A stretch of DNA of 40,708 nucleotides from contig NW_014577069.1 in assembly GCF_000485595.1 (NCBI RefSeq), positions 1,050,794 through 1,091,501 on the forward strand. Direction: 5' to 3'. The stretch comes from Priapulus caudatus. Its lineage: Eukaryota. This document shows positions 37,704 through 40,708 of this stretch, one piece after another. The notes beneath the pieces were generated by a model. It was given only the letters and a program-made list of their open reading frames with translations, was not told the origin of the DNA and did no database searches. Position numbers and translations under genes: made by a program. Within the stretch, counting starts at the first letter, position 1. Every line of letters begins with the position of its first letter.

Positions 37704-38870
37704 TTGAGCTATAGTATACTCTGTTTGTATTTTACACCTCATTGCATGACGTGTTTTACACACGTATCTGACCGTAAAACGAACCTGTGCCTTACTATAT
37801 GATCACGTGCCTAACGCCGCGTGAGAATCTCGCTGACATATAACAGCATTACTACATATAACGCGCGACAAGCAGTTCTGTTCTCACTATTTTGGGCCAA
37901 GTGATTGTTTTCCTTATTCAAATATTGACCAGCACTTGACCGGCAAATTAAACTGGCAAGCTGCCTGAAATAAGATGCATGTGCATAAAATGTATTCAAA
38001 TTGCTCTAATAGCAAAAGCAGTTCAGTCCTTTGTTAACAGTCAACAAATCCATGTTTAACCCTCTTTTTGAGGGTCAAAAGGTTATCAGACACTTACTCT
38101 TCGCACGGCTCGACCTACGCTCTTAATATTCGATTTATAGTGTGATGGGGAGGAAACCCATCACCAGCGCGAAAATAGAGGTCACAGGTCAAAGGGCAGT
38201 GGGGGAAAGGTCAGATATCAGACATTTTCTGAGGACATGGTCTAACGGACCGAGTGCAAAACTTTTTTGTTTCAGCGCTGACCTACCGTTTTTATCACTT
38301 TATTGAAAGGACCATGAAATGTGCTTTCCACTGACGTGCGAAGAGTAAGTGTCTGATAACCCGTTGACCCTCAAGAGGAGGGTTAAACATGGATTCCTGA
38401 ACTGCCTGAATGATGTCACAGTGTTCTCATATTCATGGCACATCCATAATCTAGAAAGCCAATAAGCCTGTATAGCCGAACGGGTAGGTCGTTGGATCGA
38501 ATCCACTCAGATTTTTTATTATTTACCTGTTTTCTGTATTTTTATATCTTTATCCATTTAACTATTTTTTTCCAATTAACGCAAAAATGTACATGATTTA
38601 TTTACAACAATTTAATAACAACATTTTTTTTAATAGGGTTAGGGTTAGGCTCACAATGCACCATAAAACAGGAGTTTCAGGCACGCGATTTGTATCAACC
38701 AATGCATGGATTTGGGAGGTATGCAGAATGCAGAAGGTTGCTGAACTGATGTGTACGCAACTGCGTATCTGCATATCTGCGCCTAACAAAGGCGTCACTA
38801 CGCACGATTTAAATGTTACGTTTATAACCGTAGCAACAGACCTCAGATGAGCCCAGACGCTCTGCGGCTC

Positions 38871-39525
38871 TTGTTCTTTCCTGTTGTGGAGCACTATATC
38901 AGGGCGGTTTGCAAGTATCGTGCGATTTGTCTGCACTGCCATATCCCACATTATGGTAGTATCTCCGATGTTGGTAACTGGTCTCGGAGTATGTTCATAC
39001 CACTTGTCAGGTACTTGCTCAACAAGTTCACTGAAGATTAACCAGTGCAGATAGCTGGCTACCTTGTTGTGGCGATTTATGTACTCGGTTGGGGCCAGCA
39101 CTGTGCATCCGGCGATGATGTGGCTGATGGTCTCCTCTGCCTTATTGCACATTCTGCACTTGCTGTTGACCTGTTGCTTGAGGATGTTGCGTTGATGGTA
39201 TCTGGTGTTGAGTGCTTGGTCTTGAGCTGTAATGATCAGGCTTTCCGTCTTCCCTTTGAGCCCGGAACTACTGAGCCAGGCAACGCTTGCAGTCTTGTCG
39301 ACAAATGGCCTGTCGAGGCTCTTGTAGAATCTTCCATGCAAAGGCTTGTTCTTCAATACCTCGGTTCTTCAATGTTCAATGTTCTTCAATATACCCTTCA
39401 AATCTTCTCTGCTTCTATATTGGTCTTCAGTCTCTGCTTTGTTGAGGATTGGCTGGCGGGCTGAGGAGACAAGTACTTGGCTTTGATTTCTTTAGCCTCG
39501 CGTAAGACGTTTTCGGAATGTTTTC
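38871..39525 (-). mobile_element. Fragment of an RLE-type (R4/Dong-like) non-LTR retrotransposon: post-RT region, CCHC zinc knuckle and start of the restriction-like endonuclease
   Basis: Reads KPLHGRFY...TESLIITAQDQALNTR...CRMCNKAEETISHIIAGC (CX2CX8HX4C)...YINRHNKVA...WD..VQTNRTILANRPDIV. Homology ends after RPDIVLHNRKEQ, before the D/E-x-K residues. Confidence 0.9.
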
Positions 39526-39567
39526 GCGGGCTCGCCGCAAATAGCGGAAGGCTGTTCACGCTACTCT

Positions 39568-39634
<67 letters not shown>

Positions 39635-40708
39635 CTCTCTCTCTATCATTATAGGGTCCTTTCGTAATTCCTAATGATATTTATTTATTTTTTATTCCTG
39701 TTATGCATCAACGGTGTTATTCCTTTTTTATAATTATGAACGTTAAACGAAGAATATAATGCGTTTAATTGTTGTCTTATTCACTCAGCGTCCTTGCGCC
39801 TAACATGGTATAAAACCATTGGTGGTATCGTACGTGTTCCCATTCTCAGTTAGCATGTATCATTTCTATCTCGAGAGCTAATATAACAACCAGCTAATAA
39901 GTTGGTTCCAGCTCAGTCACTGATTCAGGACGTGGTGGTGGTGGCTGGTGTCGCTATCTTTCATGAGATTTCGCGGCTGATTTTCGGCCCAAGGATATAA
40001 GAGCTGTCTACATTTGCACATGTCGAACATTTGCGAAAATGAATTGTGGTCAGCGCTTACATCCATGAATCCGTTTTTCGTTCGTGAGTTTTTGTTTTAT
40101 TTGTTTTATGAATAATGTGAGATCTAGACTGATGCAATATTATATTATATTATGCAATGTCGCTATATTATATAGTTCTAGTTGATCTTGTTGGGTTATT
40201 CTCATCGATTGATTATAACAACGTCATAATTAAGTTAACGATTATAATAAACGCTGTTTCCGTGAAATGTAGTTTCTAAAAGATATGCGATGAGTAAATA
40301 TAGATGTTAGTTTATATCGGTGACTTTGAGGTTTTGATAAGGTGGTGATTGATTGATTCGAAAATTCGAAAATTTCAACGTTTAATCTAAAAATCTAAAG
40401 TCGTTTTGCATGAATTAAAACGCATTTACCTGAAAACACGTGCATGTTTAACAGAAAATGAGTGCTGAATTGATCAGGATCGAGAATAAAGGGACTTTGA
40501 ATAGATTTTATCAAGATTTTTAGCTTAGCTGACGAAGTCAGATGCAGCTTGTAGAATCGCATGATTGTCGGTCGGTCCGTCTGTCCGTCAGTGCGTCCGT
40601 CCGTCCGTCAACAGTTGGGCACAAATCTTAACCGCGCGACTTAAAATGTATTTTAAGCGCGATTGAATTCCAGCCAATCAGAACAGTGGTTTTTAATCGC
40701 GATTAAAA

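Noticed and set aside
38478..38510. tRNA/SINE B-box-like ggatcgaatcc
   Set aside because: No convincing A box or cloverleaf structure.

Overview
Repeat-rich eukaryotic (animal) genomic DNA from a gapped draft assembly, with N-gaps at 373-1209, 2211-2220 and 20894-20918. TTAGGG repeats and CTCF-like motifs are consistent with a non-arthropod bilaterian, but this is inference. The only recognisable host coding sequence is one intact 196-nt exon of translation elongation factor 2 (EEF2) on the minus strand (4539-4734), with canonical splice sites. I found no neighbouring EEF2 exons. The rest consists of: (i) decayed non-LTR retrotransposons (a ~2.5 kb 5'-truncated RTE-type LINE, two smaller RT fragments and an R4/Dong-like zinc-knuckle/RLE fragment); (ii) non-autonomous DNA elements (Helitron-like and DINE-1/HINE-like elements, several inverted-repeat MITEs including two carrying TTAGGG arrays and one palindrome carrying four CTCF-like motifs); (iii) a family of tiny ATCA(A/G)GAG...CTC(T/C)TGAT palindromes; and (iv) long microsatellites. 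Much of 12.5-30.5 kb and 34.4-40.7 kb is made of indel-rich near-copies of the same segments, probably redundant noisy long-read sequence rather than real duplication. Nearly all other listed ORFs are microsatellite or N-run artefacts. I see no clear novel multi-gene system; the most unusual leads are non-coding or structural. Element family assignments rest on recalled motifs, not on database searches.
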